A stretch of DNA of 64,000 bases from Bacteroidota bacterium (GCA_018266735.1 JAFDZT010000005.1:156971-220970); one strand, 5' to 3'; shown: positions 30,180 through 40,811, counted from the stretch's first letter. Notes: generated by a model not told the origin, from the sequence alone. Numbers and translations are program-made.

Positions 30180-31556
30180 CTACCGAGAGATGACGATGAA
30201 TTCTGTGCGGCGGTTCTGAGCCTTGCCTTCGTCGGTGGTGTTGGGGGCCACGGGCTGTGTGTCTCCATAGCCCTTCGACGTGATACGCTTGGGATCGATC
30301 CCGGCCTTCACCAATGCATCACGTACCGCATCTGCACGCTTCTGTGACAACGTGGTGTTGTAGTTCACGTCCGACGTCTTGTTCGAATTGTCCGTATGGC
30401 CGCGCACTTCAATGGTCATCGCAGGGTACACCTTCATCAGCGTGACCACATTGTTCAGTGCGCGTTTGGATTCTGCCTGCAGAGTGGACTTGTTGTTGTC
30501 GAAGAACACGTTCAGCAAGGCGATCGATCCAACGTCGGGAGTGTTGTCATACATGAACGACGTCTGCACGGTATCCTTCGGGAAGCAGAGCTTGACGTTG
30601 ACAGTATGCACACCATACTCGTCCGGCGTGTATTCGACCACATAGTAGTTCTTGATGCGACGGTACACGTCTTCGAACATCAGCGGAAATTCAGACGTGC
30701 GATAGATATGCGCATAGGAACCACCGGTGGGCTTGGAGATCGACTCCATGTAGCCTTCGTTGATACCGTTTCCGAAGTCGACAGCGCAGACCGTGATGCC
30801 GTACTTCTGTGCCATGAGAATGGCGGAATCCTTGGTGATCTTCGACGAGTTCTCCTGTCCGTCCGTGAACACCACAACGGCCTTCCGATTGAACGCTCCA
30901 CCTGCAGCATTCAAGTGATCGATGGCAGCGCCGATACCGGAGTGAATGGCCGTGCCGCCTCCGAACCCTTCCAAGCCATTCTTCTGCAAGTGGGCGAGAA
31001 GCGTGTCGACGTTGGTGGTGAGCGGCGACTCGACCACAGCGTGCTCATCATAACGCACAAAGGCCATGGCATCTTCGGGTGCCTTCTTCTTTGCGAACAT
31101 CTCTGCCGCATCCTGTACGGCACGCGCACGCGGATCTCCCATCGAACCGCTATTGTCCATCACAAGCGCAACGGCCGTTGGTTCACGGTCGCGTTCGGTC
31201 ACCTCTTTCAGGGTGTATTTCTTCACGTCGCTCCGTTCGGATCCCACCTGCTCCACAATGGAGCACCACATGGGCTTGAATGCTCCTTGCGATGCACCGT
31301 AGTAGTAGGTGCCGGTGCTATCGACCAGGTGCAAGTAGACGCGAATGGTCTTGCCATTCGTGCGTTCGATGCGCGTGGCATTCATGCTCAGCGAGGCCGG
31401 CTTTTGTGCAGGCATTGGTGCGATCGAACGAACGAACACCGGTGCATAGCCCGGAGGCGGATCGGCGTCGACCGTTGACGGTGGTTCTTTGAATCCGGCA
31501 CAGCCAAGAACAACGATGCCTGCTCCCAAGCAGGCAACTAGTGAACGCAACCCCAT
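30180..31556 (-). CDS. von Willebrand factor A domain protein with a C-terminal OmpA-like peptidoglycan-binding domain (lipoprotein).
   Basis: Start MGLRSLVACLGAGIVVLGCAG (lipobox). VWA MIDAS motif ALVMDNSGSM. OmpA_C …GHTDNSN…LSQKRADAV…NRRTEF. Confidence 0.75.
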   Translation of the reverse strand: MGLRSLVACLGAGIVVLGCAGFKEPPSTVDADPPPGYAPVFVRSIAPMPAQKPASLSMNATRIERTNGKTIRVYLHLVDSTGTYYYGASQGAFKPMWCSIVEQVGSERSDVKKYTLKEVTERDREPTAVALVMDNSGSMGDPRARAVQDAAEMFAKKKAPEDAMAFVRYDEHAVVESPLTTNVDTLLAHLQKNGLEGFGGGTAIHSGIGAAIDHLNAAGGAFNRKAVVVFTDGQENSSKITKDSAILMAQKYGITVCAVDFGNGINEGYMESISKPTGGSYAHIYRTSEFPLMFEDVYRRIKNYYVVEYTPDEYGVHTVNVKLCFPKDTVQTSFMYDNTPDVGSIALLNVFFDNNKSTLQAESKRALNNVVTLMKVYPAMTIEVRGHTDNSNKTSDVNYNTTLSQKRADAVRDALVKAGIDPKRITSKGYGDTQPVAPNTTDEGKAQNRRTEFIVISR

Positions 31557-31566
31557 GAACCTTCTC

Positions 31567-33402
31567 CTACGGTGTGTCGATGTGTACTTCGTCGAGCTGT
31601 CGGATGGCAATACTACGCGGATCCATCGTACGAACCGCTTCGCGAATGCGTTTGAAGGCGGAAACGTTGTGTTCTACCTGCCACGCATAGCGTGCTGCTT
31701 GCGCAAGCGAGACGATAACGACCTCGCGAAGTCCCTTGTCGAGTCGCTGATCATGTCCCTTCAGACCTGCGGCAATATCTGTCACACGCGAGAGGTTGAA
31801 GGGCGGCATGGCCACGGAATCGCGCACGAGTTTGATGAGCGGTCCTGCCGGCACCATGCGGTGCTCTGTAGCAAAGCCTTGTTCTTCGTTCACCATTTCG
31901 CCGGTGATGTAGACCGGTCGTTTTCCGTCGTTCGACAGAAGAATGGCATTCAACAGCGCAACGAAGCGTTGCTGAATGGCCGTGACCGACGTGCGGTCCT
32001 TCATGAACTCGTCGCTGTTGTCCTCAAAAAGCTGCAGATAGGGAGCATAGGCCTCTGCGGCGGAACGCGTGCCGGCCATTGCTGTCGGATAGCGATACGT
32101 AAGGTAGGGAACGTACCATGTGCGACGGAGGAGTTCCTTGTCGATGATGGTCACATCCGGACGAACGCCCTCAACGTTCTGGAGATACCAGAAGGCGCTG
32201 CAGAAGTAGTCCCACTGATGCGTGATGATCACGGCATTCGGTTCTGCATTGTCGAGGATCATTCGCGTATAGGCCTCGACGGCACGATCGTGCGAGCGAT
32301 CCTGCACCTTCCATACCGATGCGGCGCTCACGATCGGCAACAGCAACAGCGCCATGGCGAAGCGCTCTGCCTTCACACGTTGCAGCAACGACGCAAACCC
32401 GACAGCAGAGAGGATGATCACCACCATCACTGACGGAAGGAAGTAGTTCTCGATGTCGGGGATCGAGTAGCCCAACGAGATGCCAAGGTTGCCAGCGAGG
32501 ATGAGCGTCAGCGCCATTGCGGTTCGCCGCTCGCGGCGGACAAGTGTCACCCCGCCAATGGCCACGGCCACAAGTCCGATCCAGGCAACGGCCTGCGGGA
32601 GCATTGCGAGAAAGACCTTGAGATTCTTCCCTGCCACCTTGTCGTCGCTGAACAACCACACGCCGAACTGCGTGCCCTTCACATGATACAGGAAGGCGTC
32701 GAGCGACCGATGCACCATGCCCCAGTTGATGGGCGGGTTCTGTGCGCTGCGGAGCGGAAGCGCGACGTAGAGGGCAAGGGGGATCAGACCAAGGCAGGCG
32801 ATCAAGGCCAGTCGCTTGGTCTGAGCGCGCGTGGTTCCCGGCGGGAGTGCCAAGAGCACGATACCGGGCAGAAGGAAGGCCGACGAAAGGTGATTCGTGA
32901 GCATCAGGCCGAACAAGAGGGCCGTGATGGCGAACCAACGCACGTCGTTCTTCGACGCATTGCGAGAGCGCACCGCAGCATAGAGCGTGGTGGTGAGCAG
33001 TAATGCATGCAGGGAATACACCTCGATGGACTGCGCCTGAGTCCACACGATCGACGTCCACCCGTACAACAATGCCCCGGTGGCCGAGACAATGCGAGAC
33101 AGGCGCATCTCCTGCAAGAGGAGGAACATCATTGATGCCGAGGCGGCAACGAAGACGGCGGCCAACACATTCAACCCGCCGATCACGGACGGCCACGGAA
33201 GCAACGTCCACGTATGCCCCAGCAACGTGAACAGCGGATAACCGGTCGGATGCGCTACACCAAAGGTGGCGCAGGCCGCAGCGAGCTCACCACTGTCCGT
33301 ATACGCCAGTCCCGGATTCTGCGTGAGCAGATACGAGACCAAGGTCGCAAGGCCAATGGTAGCGGCTATGGCGGCAGGGTGGAAAGGACGACGTCGATCC
33401 AT
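31567..33402 (-). CDS. DUF2723 family membrane protein (glycosyltransferase family 117-like, putative protein O-mannosyltransferase-like).
   Basis: N-terminal multi-TM domain with …AYTDSGELAAACATFGVAHPTGYPLFTLLG…, typical of DUF2723/TMEM260-like proteins. Confidence 0.65.
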   Translation of the reverse strand: MDRRRPFHPAAIAATIGLATLVSYLLTQNPGLAYTDSGELAAACATFGVAHPTGYPLFTLLGHTWTLLPWPSVIGGLNVLAAVFVAASASMMFLLLQEMRLSRIVSATGALLYGWTSIVWTQAQSIEVYSLHALLLTTTLYAAVRSRNASKNDVRWFAITALLFGLMLTNHLSSAFLLPGIVLLALPPGTTRAQTKRLALIACLGLIPLALYVALPLRSAQNPPINWGMVHRSLDAFLYHVKGTQFGVWLFSDDKVAGKNLKVFLAMLPQAVAWIGLVAVAIGGVTLVRRERRTAMALTLILAGNLGISLGYSIPDIENYFLPSVMVVIILSAVGFASLLQRVKAERFAMALLLLPIVSAASVWKVQDRSHDRAVEAYTRMILDNAEPNAVIITHQWDYFCSAFWYLQNVEGVRPDVTIIDKELLRRTWYVPYLTYRYPTAMAGTRSAAEAYAPYLQLFEDNSDEFMKDRTSVTAIQQRFVALLNAILLSNDGKRPVYITGEMVNEEQGFATEHRMVPAGPLIKLVRDSVAMPPFNLSRVTDIAAGLKGHDQRLDKGLREVVIVSLAQAARYAWQVEHNVSAFKRIREAVRTMDPRSIAIRQLDEVHIDTP

Positions 33403-33415
33403 GAACGTCGCTCGG

Positions 33416-34120
33416 TTAACGAACGACGGAGATCGTTGCCCGATAGGCGTCGTTGTTCTTGGTGGACAGCATCACCTGATACATGCCGGAGGCCATGCCT
33501 TCGAACGGTACGGTGATCGTCGTGGAACCGTTGGTACCCACAACACGGCGAAGCGTGCCGTCCATCGAATAGATGTTCACGCCAACGATCGACGACAGAA
33601 GATCTCCCTTGAAGGTGACAACGTCCGTGGTCGGGTTGGGGCCCATGGTGACGGAGGCAACGGTGTTGATATCGGTCACGGATGCCGTGGACGAGATGTT
33701 GAAGACCACGCCAAACCGCAGTGAATCGCCCGGATTCTTTCCGTCGAACACGGTGAAGAACGGTCTAGATACGGCCTCGGCAAGGTGGGTCACGATCTGC
33801 ATTTTGAGGTCTTCGGTGGACTTACCGGCCATCAGATACGGGTCGCGCTCATACGGATCGTCGCCATCGCGATAGATGTTGAAGCACAGGTTGCCGAAGC
33901 AGATGGCCACATCGTGATCGAGTGTGACGTCGAACAGGTCGCCACGCACGCGAACTTCCTTTTGCGCGTCTGACAGGTTCCGGAGAAGACCGTGTGAATA
34001 CACGACGGACTCTGGAAGCGAATTCACCGTTTGCTGAATGGAGTCGAGGACGAATGATTGAGCGCTTGCGAAGGTTGAACAGGCAAGGGCCACGACGGCA
34101 ATGAGTAGCGACTTTTTCAT
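33416..34120 (-). CDS. Small secreted protein with a T9SS C-terminal sorting domain.
   Basis: Signal peptide MKKSLLIAVVALACSTFASAQ. C-terminal …ITVPFEGMASGMYQVMLSTKNNDAYRATISVVR matches the T9SS CTD. Confidence 0.6.
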   Translation of the reverse strand: MKKSLLIAVVALACSTFASAQSFVLDSIQQTVNSLPESVVYSHGLLRNLSDAQKEVRVRGDLFDVTLDHDVAICFGNLCFNIYRDGDDPYERDPYLMAGKSTEDLKMQIVTHLAEAVSRPFFTVFDGKNPGDSLRFGVVFNISSTASVTDINTVASVTMGPNPTTDVVTFKGDLLSSIVGVNIYSMDGTLRRVVGTNGSTTITVPFEGMASGMYQVMLSTKNNDAYRATISVVR

Positions 34121-34170
34121 ATTTTCCCGAGTCTTTCCCAAATGAGTAACTGACGAAACTACAAAGGTTT

Positions 34171-34698
34171 GTGCAAATGCTCCGACGCCCGTTCGCCGTT
34201 TTGGTTACCGCCTTCCTGCTCGCAGGAGCCCATGTATGGGCTCAGGATGCGAAGCACGACGCTCTCCCGTCTGTTCAACTGCGGAACGTCGAGGGCGACA
34301 TGGTCAATACGGCCACACTTTCCACGGACAGTACGCCCGTGGTGATCAGTTTTTGGGCCACGTGGTGCAAGCCATGTATCATGGAGCTCACCACCTATGC
34401 CCCGTTGTACGAAGAGTGGCAAAAGGCCACCGGCGTGAAGATCGTGGCCGTCTCGATCGACGATAGCCGGAATGCATTGAAGGTCCCACCACTCGTGAAG
34501 GCGCGGAACTGGCAGTTCGACGTGCTTCTCGACGAGAATCAGAACTTCAAGCGTGCGATGAATGTGAACAATGTGCCGCATACATTCCTGGTCCAGAACG
34601 GGAAGATCGTATGGTCCCATGCAGCCTTCGCTGCGGGCGATGAAGACGATCTCTATGATCAGATCAAGAAGCTCGTTGGTACAAAGGCCGCAGAGTGA
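34171..34698 (+). CDS. TlpA/ResA-like periplasmic thiol-disulfide oxidoreductase (thioredoxin fold).
   Basis: Signal peptide plus FWATWCKPC active site. Confidence 0.85.
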   Translation: MQMLRRPFAVLVTAFLLAGAHVWAQDAKHDALPSVQLRNVEGDMVNTATLSTDSTPVVISFWATWCKPCIMELTTYAPLYEEWQKATGVKIVAVSIDDSRNALKVPPLVKARNWQFDVLLDENQNFKRAMNVNNVPHTFLVQNGKIVWSHAAFAAGDEDDLYDQIKKLVGTKAAE

Positions 34699-34701
34699 TC
34701 T

Positions 34702-36381
34702 ATGCGTAACTCGACGGTCCTTGCCGCCATTGTCCTTCTCATCGCCGCCTCGTCCCTCCGTGCTCAAACAGAGCTCGAGGGCATCGGGACCATCTCGGGT
34801 TCGCTTCAAACGGACATGCAGACGTATAAGCGCGACTCGATCATCGGGGCACCCGATGTGCCTGAGCGAATGCTCTCCAACACGTTCTTCAATCTGCTCT
34901 TTCAACGCGGCAAGTTCACGGCGGGGATCCGATTCGAGTCGTATCAGGGTCCACTGCTCGGTATCGATCCACGGTATCAGACGTCGGGCGACGGCACGGG
35001 TCTGGGCATTCCGTATCGATTCGCAACGTATGCCGACACGTACTTTGAGGTCACGGCCGGGAATTTCTATGAGCAGTTCGGGTCGGGGATGATCCTGCGC
35101 ACCTATGAGGAGCGCAACCTTGGATTCGACAACTCGCTCGATGGACTCCGACTGCGGTTCATGCCGGTGGACGGTCTGAAGATCACGGGACTGATCGGAC
35201 GGCAACGTTCGTTCTGGGAAAAGAGCGAAGGGATCGTCCGTGGTGGAGATGTCTCGGTGGACATTGGTGCACTCGGCGACTCGCTGTTGCCGAAGTCCAT
35301 GGTGTTGTTGGTGGGCTCGTCCGTGATGAGCCGATATCAAGCCGACCAGAACGACTTCCTGAAGTTGCCCGAGAACGTGCTGGCCTGGTCGTCTCGGTTG
35401 ACGTTCGGCTACAAGGACTTCAACATGGTAGCTGAGTACGCCTACAAGTACAACGACCCCTCTGCGGCCAACGTCTTCAACTACAATCCCGGCGATGCAT
35501 TGTATGTGAACGCTTCGTATGCGACAGCAGGGTTTGGTGTGAACGTGGCAGCAAAGCGAATCGATAACATGGACTTTCGGTCGGACCGGACCGCTACCGG
35601 CAACGTGCAGACGATCAACTATCTCCCAGCGCTCACACGACAGCACACGTGGCGATTGATCACACTCTATCCGTATGCCACGCAACAGACGGGGGAGTTC
35701 GGTGCCCAGGCCGACGTGACGTGGACCATTCCAAAGGGTGTGTTGGGTGACGATGAAACGGTGATCAGCGGTAACTATTCGTCGATCTACGGACTCGATA
35801 CCACGCACATCGATGCGTTCACCTACACAGCGAAGTTCATGCCGTCGAACCGACAGTACTTCCGTGATGCGAACCTCGAGATCCAGCGGAAATGGGGCAA
35901 GGACTTCAAGACGACGCTTGCCTACATCGACATTCTCTATGACCAGGACATCATTGAGCGTCGCGCAGCGCCAACCGAAACGAAGTTCGGCGTCACGCAT
36001 GCACAGTTGATCGTGCTTGAACTTCAGGCAAAGGTCGCCAAGGGAAAACAGCTCCGCATGGAATTGCAGCACATGTGGTCGAAGCCGGCGGACAATGCAA
36101 CGCAAGTGGCATTGTTGAACGGGAATTGGGCAATGGTGCTGGTGGAGTATTCCGTTTCACCGTTGTGGTATTTCACGGTGTTCAACGAATACAACTATGG
36201 CAACCAGGACGAGAATCTGAAGTTGAACTACCCCAATGCATCGGTGGCCTATTCGCACGATGCTCTTCGGGTCCAGCTCGGATACGGTCGCGTACGCGGT
36301 GGTATCCTCTGTGTTGGTGGTATCTGCCGTCCGGTGCCTGCATCGAACGGCTTTAATCTTGGCGTCACGTATACGTTCTAG
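34702..36381 (+). CDS. Putative outer membrane beta-barrel protein (porin-like), co-transcribed with the TlpA-like gene.
   Basis: Signal peptide. Alternating amphipathic beta-strands, aromatic-rich. Terminal …GVTYTF with a C-terminal Phe. 3-nt gap after the tlpA stop. Confidence 0.5.
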   Translation: MRNSTVLAAIVLLIAASSLRAQTELEGIGTISGSLQTDMQTYKRDSIIGAPDVPERMLSNTFFNLLFQRGKFTAGIRFESYQGPLLGIDPRYQTSGDGTGLGIPYRFATYADTYFEVTAGNFYEQFGSGMILRTYEERNLGFDNSLDGLRLRFMPVDGLKITGLIGRQRSFWEKSEGIVRGGDVSVDIGALGDSLLPKSMVLLVGSSVMSRYQADQNDFLKLPENVLAWSSRLTFGYKDFNMVAEYAYKYNDPSAANVFNYNPGDALYVNASYATAGFGVNVAAKRIDNMDFRSDRTATGNVQTINYLPALTRQHTWRLITLYPYATQQTGEFGAQADVTWTIPKGVLGDDETVISGNYSSIYGLDTTHIDAFTYTAKFMPSNRQYFRDANLEIQRKWGKDFKTTLAYIDILYDQDIIERRAAPTETKFGVTHAQLIVLELQAKVAKGKQLRMELQHMWSKPADNATQVALLNGNWAMVLVEYSVSPLWYFTVFNEYNYGNQDENLKLNYPNASVAYSHDALRVQLGYGRVRGGILCVGGICRPVPASNGFNLGVTYTF

Positions 36382-36391
36382 GATCGCGATC

Positions 36392-37249
36392 ATGAACCGT
36401 TCTCCATTCCGTTCCGCCCTTCTTGGCCTTGCCTCCCTCGCACTCATCTCTGCATGTGATGTTGTTGACGCACCGTATACTGAAACTCCGATCGGACCAG
36501 TAGACACGGCGAGTGTCAAGCAAAATGTGATGATCGAAGATTACACGGGTCACACATGCGGCAACTGTCCGGCCGCGGCCGACATTGCAAAGCAGATCCA
36601 GACGGCCTATGGACCCGAACGCGTGATCGTCGTGGCCGTGCATGCAGGTCCGTTCGCCGATCCGCAACCGCCGGACTATCCGACGGATATGCGGACGCCC
36701 GATGGCGACGCCCTCGATAAGACATTCCGGGTGAGTCGGGTGGGCAATCCGAACGGCATGGTGAATCGTGTGACGCGCAATGGCAAGCTGATCATCGGGA
36801 AGGATGATTGGTCCACGGTAACAAGCGATCTGCTCAAACAGAAACCGCTGGTCGATCTGAGCATGACACACACCTACGATAAGACAACACGCACGATCAC
36901 GGCAACGATCACGGTGAAGTATCTACAGGCCGGAACAACAGACTACAATCTCGTGACGTTGCTCACTGAGAGCGAGATCGAAGGCGATCAAACGGATTAC
37001 CGAAAAGACCCCTCACACATACACGACTATGTGTTCGAGCACGTGCTGCGTGTTGCGATGAATGGTGTATGGGGAGAGCCTCTTTCCACTGCAGAGGTCG
37101 CAGCCGGCACAACGATCAAGAAGACGGTCACGTATACCATTCCGTCGGATCGCACCTGGGATCCGAAGCATTGCCACCTTGTGGCCTACGTGCATCGCTA
37201 CAACACCACGAAGGACGTTCTTCAAGTGGTGTCGAAGGATCTTCAATAA
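36392..37249 (+). CDS. Lipoprotein with a CxxC motif (Omp28-related, thioredoxin-like).
   Basis: Start MNRSPFRSALLGLASLALISAC lipobox. HTCGNC motif. Family assignment made from memory only. Confidence 0.45.
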   Translation: MNRSPFRSALLGLASLALISACDVVDAPYTETPIGPVDTASVKQNVMIEDYTGHTCGNCPAAADIAKQIQTAYGPERVIVVAVHAGPFADPQPPDYPTDMRTPDGDALDKTFRVSRVGNPNGMVNRVTRNGKLIIGKDDWSTVTSDLLKQKPLVDLSMTHTYDKTTRTITATITVKYLQAGTTDYNLVTLLTESEIEGDQTDYRKDPSHIHDYVFEHVLRVAMNGVWGEPLSTAEVAAGTTIKKTVTYTIPSDRTWDPKHCHLVAYVHRYNTTKDVLQVVSKDLQ

Positions 37250-38898
37250 CCGATCCGTACTTCGAGCGATCCAAACAGGAACGATCCCGGCGTATTCCCG
37301 CCGCTCGTGTTACTATAGCCAATGCGGAGGTCGGTGAAGAGATTCTTGATCCACTCGGCTGAGAACCACACGTTGATGCGGCGCGTGGTCGAGAAGTTGC
37401 CCTTCAAGAACGAGTTGCCGTAGAGGAAGTCTCCGTCCCCACGAAGAATATCGCCGCCCACATTTCCAACAGGCGTCATTGCACCGGAGCCCGGAAAACG
37501 CGGGTCTTCTCCCATGACGATGTTACCGGTACTGTCAAGGAAATTGTCACCATGGCGCGTATAGTCCATGTCCACCTTTACGAACGTTCGTGGTGTGAAC
37601 CAATGGCGGACCTGGAACGCGATGCGATCGCTATTGGGCTGCATGTTGTAGCCGGCGAATGCACCAAGGTGGGTGTATGATGCGTTGATGCTGCGATGTG
37701 AGAATGTGAATGGCGAGATGTAGGCATACTCGACGGTGAACTGCGTTGGTGCACCGTGTGCGTCGACCAGTTGCGACACACCGATCTGCAGTGCGTTCTT
37801 GTTGTTGTTGCCAACCTGCGACGTATCACCAATGGTCTCCCACGCAAGGTCGTCGATCATGAGCGATCCATAGATCAACGTTCCCGGCATCGGACGGACG
37901 GCGATATCAAAGCCAAGAATGGAGTTGTCGTTCTGACTGCGTTCCTGCGTCCCAAGTCCGGCGGACACGAAGAAGGCCAACGGATTCAAGTATGAGAAGT
38001 CGAGGCTCCGTCCCCAATACACGATCATGTCGCTCACAGCCACGCTCAGCCACGGCACAGGGTCGATGGCAAGACGGTGGGTCGCAATGAATTTGCCCTT
38101 GATCGCATTCCCGGCCGTGTCGAGTCCATCTACTTGCGAGTGCGTGCTCGTGAATCGCACGGACTTATACGGAACGTCGATGAGGAGTCCGTCCATCGGT
38201 GGTGCATTCAACGAATGCACGAAGTTGTCGATAGGACTGAAGCCGAACTGCACCGCTTCACGACCGAAGCGCACGCGGAAGTACTTGCTCTGATACTGCA
38301 CATAGCCGATGTATCGATCGAAGAACTTCTGTTCTTCCTGGACGAATTTCAATGTGCGCGACAGCGTTGGATCCGTGCGAGCGATCATCATTGGATCGCC
38401 CGTAAGGCGCATGCCGTTGGAAAGGTCAAGGAAGTAGGCAAGGCCGATATCGAAGTTACCCATGAGTCGAACCGATGGACGTACCAGTGCAAACGGTCCG
38501 TTCGCCGTTCCATCGTCGGTGTACCCGCCACGCACCATCAAGGCCGCATCGCCCATCAACGAGGCTGTGCCATCGTTGTAGCGCAGCATGCGAAACCGAT
38601 CGTTCGATGTGCGCGCGAAGTCGGCGCCCGATGTACTGTCGGCCCCCGTGAGCACCGGAGCGTAATAGGCATGGAGATATCGACCAAAGGCATCAGAAGA
38701 GTCGGCCGCCAACGTCTGCACGTCGACCATGGATTGAGGCCATACGGACATGGAACCAAGCATGGCATCACCACGCATGGCTCGAAGCATTTGCATATCC
38801 ATGGAAACGCGTTCCGCGTTCACGTCGGCATTCTGTGCGGAAAGTCGCACAACGCTCATCACTACCACCAACACAACGACCGTGCGTTGGAAGGTCAT
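37243..38898 (-). CDS. Putative outer membrane beta-barrel protein (large, about 550 aa).
   Basis: Signal peptide MTFQRTVVVLVVVMSVVRLSAQ. Beta-strand-rich with aromatic girdle residues. C-terminal …LEVRIGY. Confidence 0.5.
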   Translation of the reverse strand: MTFQRTVVVLVVVMSVVRLSAQNADVNAERVSMDMQMLRAMRGDAMLGSMSVWPQSMVDVQTLAADSSDAFGRYLHAYYAPVLTGADSTSGADFARTSNDRFRMLRYNDGTASLMGDAALMVRGGYTDDGTANGPFALVRPSVRLMGNFDIGLAYFLDLSNGMRLTGDPMMIARTDPTLSRTLKFVQEEQKFFDRYIGYVQYQSKYFRVRFGREAVQFGFSPIDNFVHSLNAPPMDGLLIDVPYKSVRFTSTHSQVDGLDTAGNAIKGKFIATHRLAIDPVPWLSVAVSDMIVYWGRSLDFSYLNPLAFFVSAGLGTQERSQNDNSILGFDIAVRPMPGTLIYGSLMIDDLAWETIGDTSQVGNNNKNALQIGVSQLVDAHGAPTQFTVEYAYISPFTFSHRSINASYTHLGAFAGYNMQPNSDRIAFQVRHWFTPRTFVKVDMDYTRHGDNFLDSTGNIVMGEDPRFPGSGAMTPVGNVGGDILRGDGDFLYGNSFLKGNFSTTRRINVWFSAEWIKNLFTDLRIGYSNTSGGNTPGSFLFGSLEVRIGY

Positions 38899-39644
38899 CT
38901 TTTCACCACGAAGGCCTTGCAACGACAGATCGACTTCACGGCATTCACGTCGGCCTTTGCTTCATCGATCGTCGTATAGTCTCCCACATTGATCGTGAAC
39001 GACTTCCAGTTGCCTCTTGCCACTTCTACCACCGTTGCCTTCATGCGCTTTGCCTTGAAGGAATCCAACGTCGACTGAGCTTGCTCCTTCGACGTATACG
39101 ATCCCACCTGGATCGTGAATGGCTTCGACGGATCAGCAGCGGTGGGAGCTGCTGCTGCAGCGGCAGCCGGTGTGACGGTGGTGGCCGGTGCCGGAGAGGC
39201 GGCGACCTTTTTCTCTTGTGCCGGTGGCAGTCCAACCGTCATCCGAACGAGATCGTTGGCCGCGGCCAGATACTCTGATTGCAGATACTGTTCGCGCATC
39301 GTGAGCAGGGCCTTACGGGCCTTCTCGACGTTGTTCTTCACGCAGGAATAGGCAATGATGCGGAACAGTGCATCGTCGGCCCACTCGCTCTTGGGATATG
39401 CATTCACAACACGTTCGAACATGGTGAGCGAGCGTGTAGGGTCTTCGACCAGCGACGCATGCATGAACATCACACCCGGATCTTCGGGATAGTCCACCAA
39501 CATGTCCGGCAAGGCTCGCTTCGCCTCGGTTGTCCAACCATTGGCGATCTGCGTGATATACTGTTTGATGTTCGGTGCTTGTGCATTCGCCGTGAACGGA
39601 AGCAACACAACAACGAGGGCGAGGGGTAGAGCGATTCTCTTCAT
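38895..39644 (-). CDS. TPR-like protein with a C-terminal SPOR (peptidoglycan-binding) domain.
   Basis: Signal peptide MKRIALPLALVVVLLPFTANAQ. Ala/Pro-rich linker. C-terminal FTIQVGSYTSKEQAQ…WKSFTINVGDYTTIDEAKA has SPOR-like beta-alpha-beta repeats. Confidence 0.6.
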   Translation of the reverse strand: MKRIALPLALVVVLLPFTANAQAPNIKQYITQIANGWTTEAKRALPDMLVDYPEDPGVMFMHASLVEDPTRSLTMFERVVNAYPKSEWADDALFRIIAYSCVKNNVEKARKALLTMREQYLQSEYLAAANDLVRMTVGLPPAQEKKVAASPAPATTVTPAAAAAAAPTAADPSKPFTIQVGSYTSKEQAQSTLDSFKAKRMKATVVEVARGNWKSFTINVGDYTTIDEAKADVNAVKSICRCKAFVVKR

Positions 39645-39689
39645 CCTACAAGTTACGGAATGAGGGCCTGTTTCGGTAAATTCTGGCTC

Positions 39690-40811
39690 ATGCAGAACAG
39701 CCAACACGATCGTCTACGCCTAGTGGTGGCCGCTGGAGGGACGGGTGGCCACATCTTTCCCGCCGTGGCCGTTGTAGAGCAGCTTCGCCTCCAAACGCAC
39801 GACGCTTGCGACGTGACGTTCCTGGGGAGTGTGGACCGGATGGAGACACGTCTGATCCCGGCCCTCGGCTACGACTACGTGGGCATGCCCATCGTAGGGT
39901 TCAAGGGCGTCCGTCACCCGTCAACACTCACCTTGCCATGGAAGATCCTGCAGAGCACACGCATCGCTCGCGCCACGATCCGTCGGGTGAAGCCCCATGC
40001 CGTTGTCTGCACGGGCGCCTACATCAGCTATCCGGCCGGATTGGCCGCTGCCAAGGAGGGCGTTCCGCTCTTCCTCCTCGAATCCAACGTCAACCCAGGC
40101 AAGACCAATGCTCGCCTTGCCCCCTTGGCCACGGCCATCTTCCTTTCCTTTGAGGAGAGTGTTCGCTACTACGCATCATCGCTCGCATCAAAACTTGTGG
40201 TGACGGGAAATCCCGTCCGCTCCCAGATCCCGTCAACAAAGGATGCACGGGAGGCGAGGGCGGCATGGGGCCTGAAGCCCGATGTGGCCACCGTGCTCGT
40301 CTTCGGGGGCAGTCTGGGCGCACGTGCGATCAATGCGGCCATGGAAGCGGCGCTCCCGCGCTTTGCCGACGCACCGTTCCAGGTGATCTGGCAGACCGGA
40401 TCTTCTTACACCTTCCACGCCACTCCGCCACCGAACGTGGTGATCAGGCCGTTCATCGACGACATGGGACTGGCCTATGCCGCTGCCGATCTGGTCGTGA
40501 GTCGCAGTGGAGCCACCACCATTGCCGAGTTGGGCATCGTTGGAAAACCGGCCGTCTTCATTCCGCTTCCCTCCGCCTCGACTGGTGAGCAGCAACACAA
40601 TGCACAAGTGATCGAGCAGGCAGGTGGTGCGGTCGTAGTGAAGGATGCCGATGTTTTGACGATACTTGCATCGACGATCGAAGAACTGATGCGCAATGAA
40701 GAGCAGCGCACCACCATGGCCACCGTGATGCGGTCGTTCGGCAAACCCCGTGCGGCTGCCGACGCGGCCGCAGCGATCATTGCCATGTGCACGAAGAGAG
40801 GACCACGATGA
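39690..40811 (+). CDS. murG: UDP-N-acetylglucosamine--N-acetylmuramyl-(pentapeptide) pyrophosphoryl-undecaprenol N-acetylglucosamine transferase.
   Basis: GGTGGHIFPAVAV G-loop and full-length MurG similarity. Confidence 0.9.
   Translation: MQNSQHDRLRLVVAAGGTGGHIFPAVAVVEQLRLQTHDACDVTFLGSVDRMETRLIPALGYDYVGMPIVGFKGVRHPSTLTLPWKILQSTRIARATIRRVKPHAVVCTGAYISYPAGLAAAKEGVPLFLLESNVNPGKTNARLAPLATAIFLSFEESVRYYASSLASKLVVTGNPVRSQIPSTKDAREARAAWGLKPDVATVLVFGGSLGARAINAAMEAALPRFADAPFQVIWQTGSSYTFHATPPPNVVIRPFIDDMGLAYAAADLVVSRSGATTIAELGIVGKPAVFIPLPSASTGEQQHNAQVIEQAGGAVVVKDADVLTILASTIEELMRNEEQRTTMATVMRSFGKPRAAADAAAAIIAMCTKRGPR

Noticed and set aside
34159-36105. 648-aa minus-strand ORF
   Set aside because: Antisense to the TlpA and beta-barrel genes, which carry a clear WCKPC active site and signal peptides. 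The product is Arg/His-rich and low in complexity with no domain. This is typical of spurious antisense frames in GC-rich DNA.
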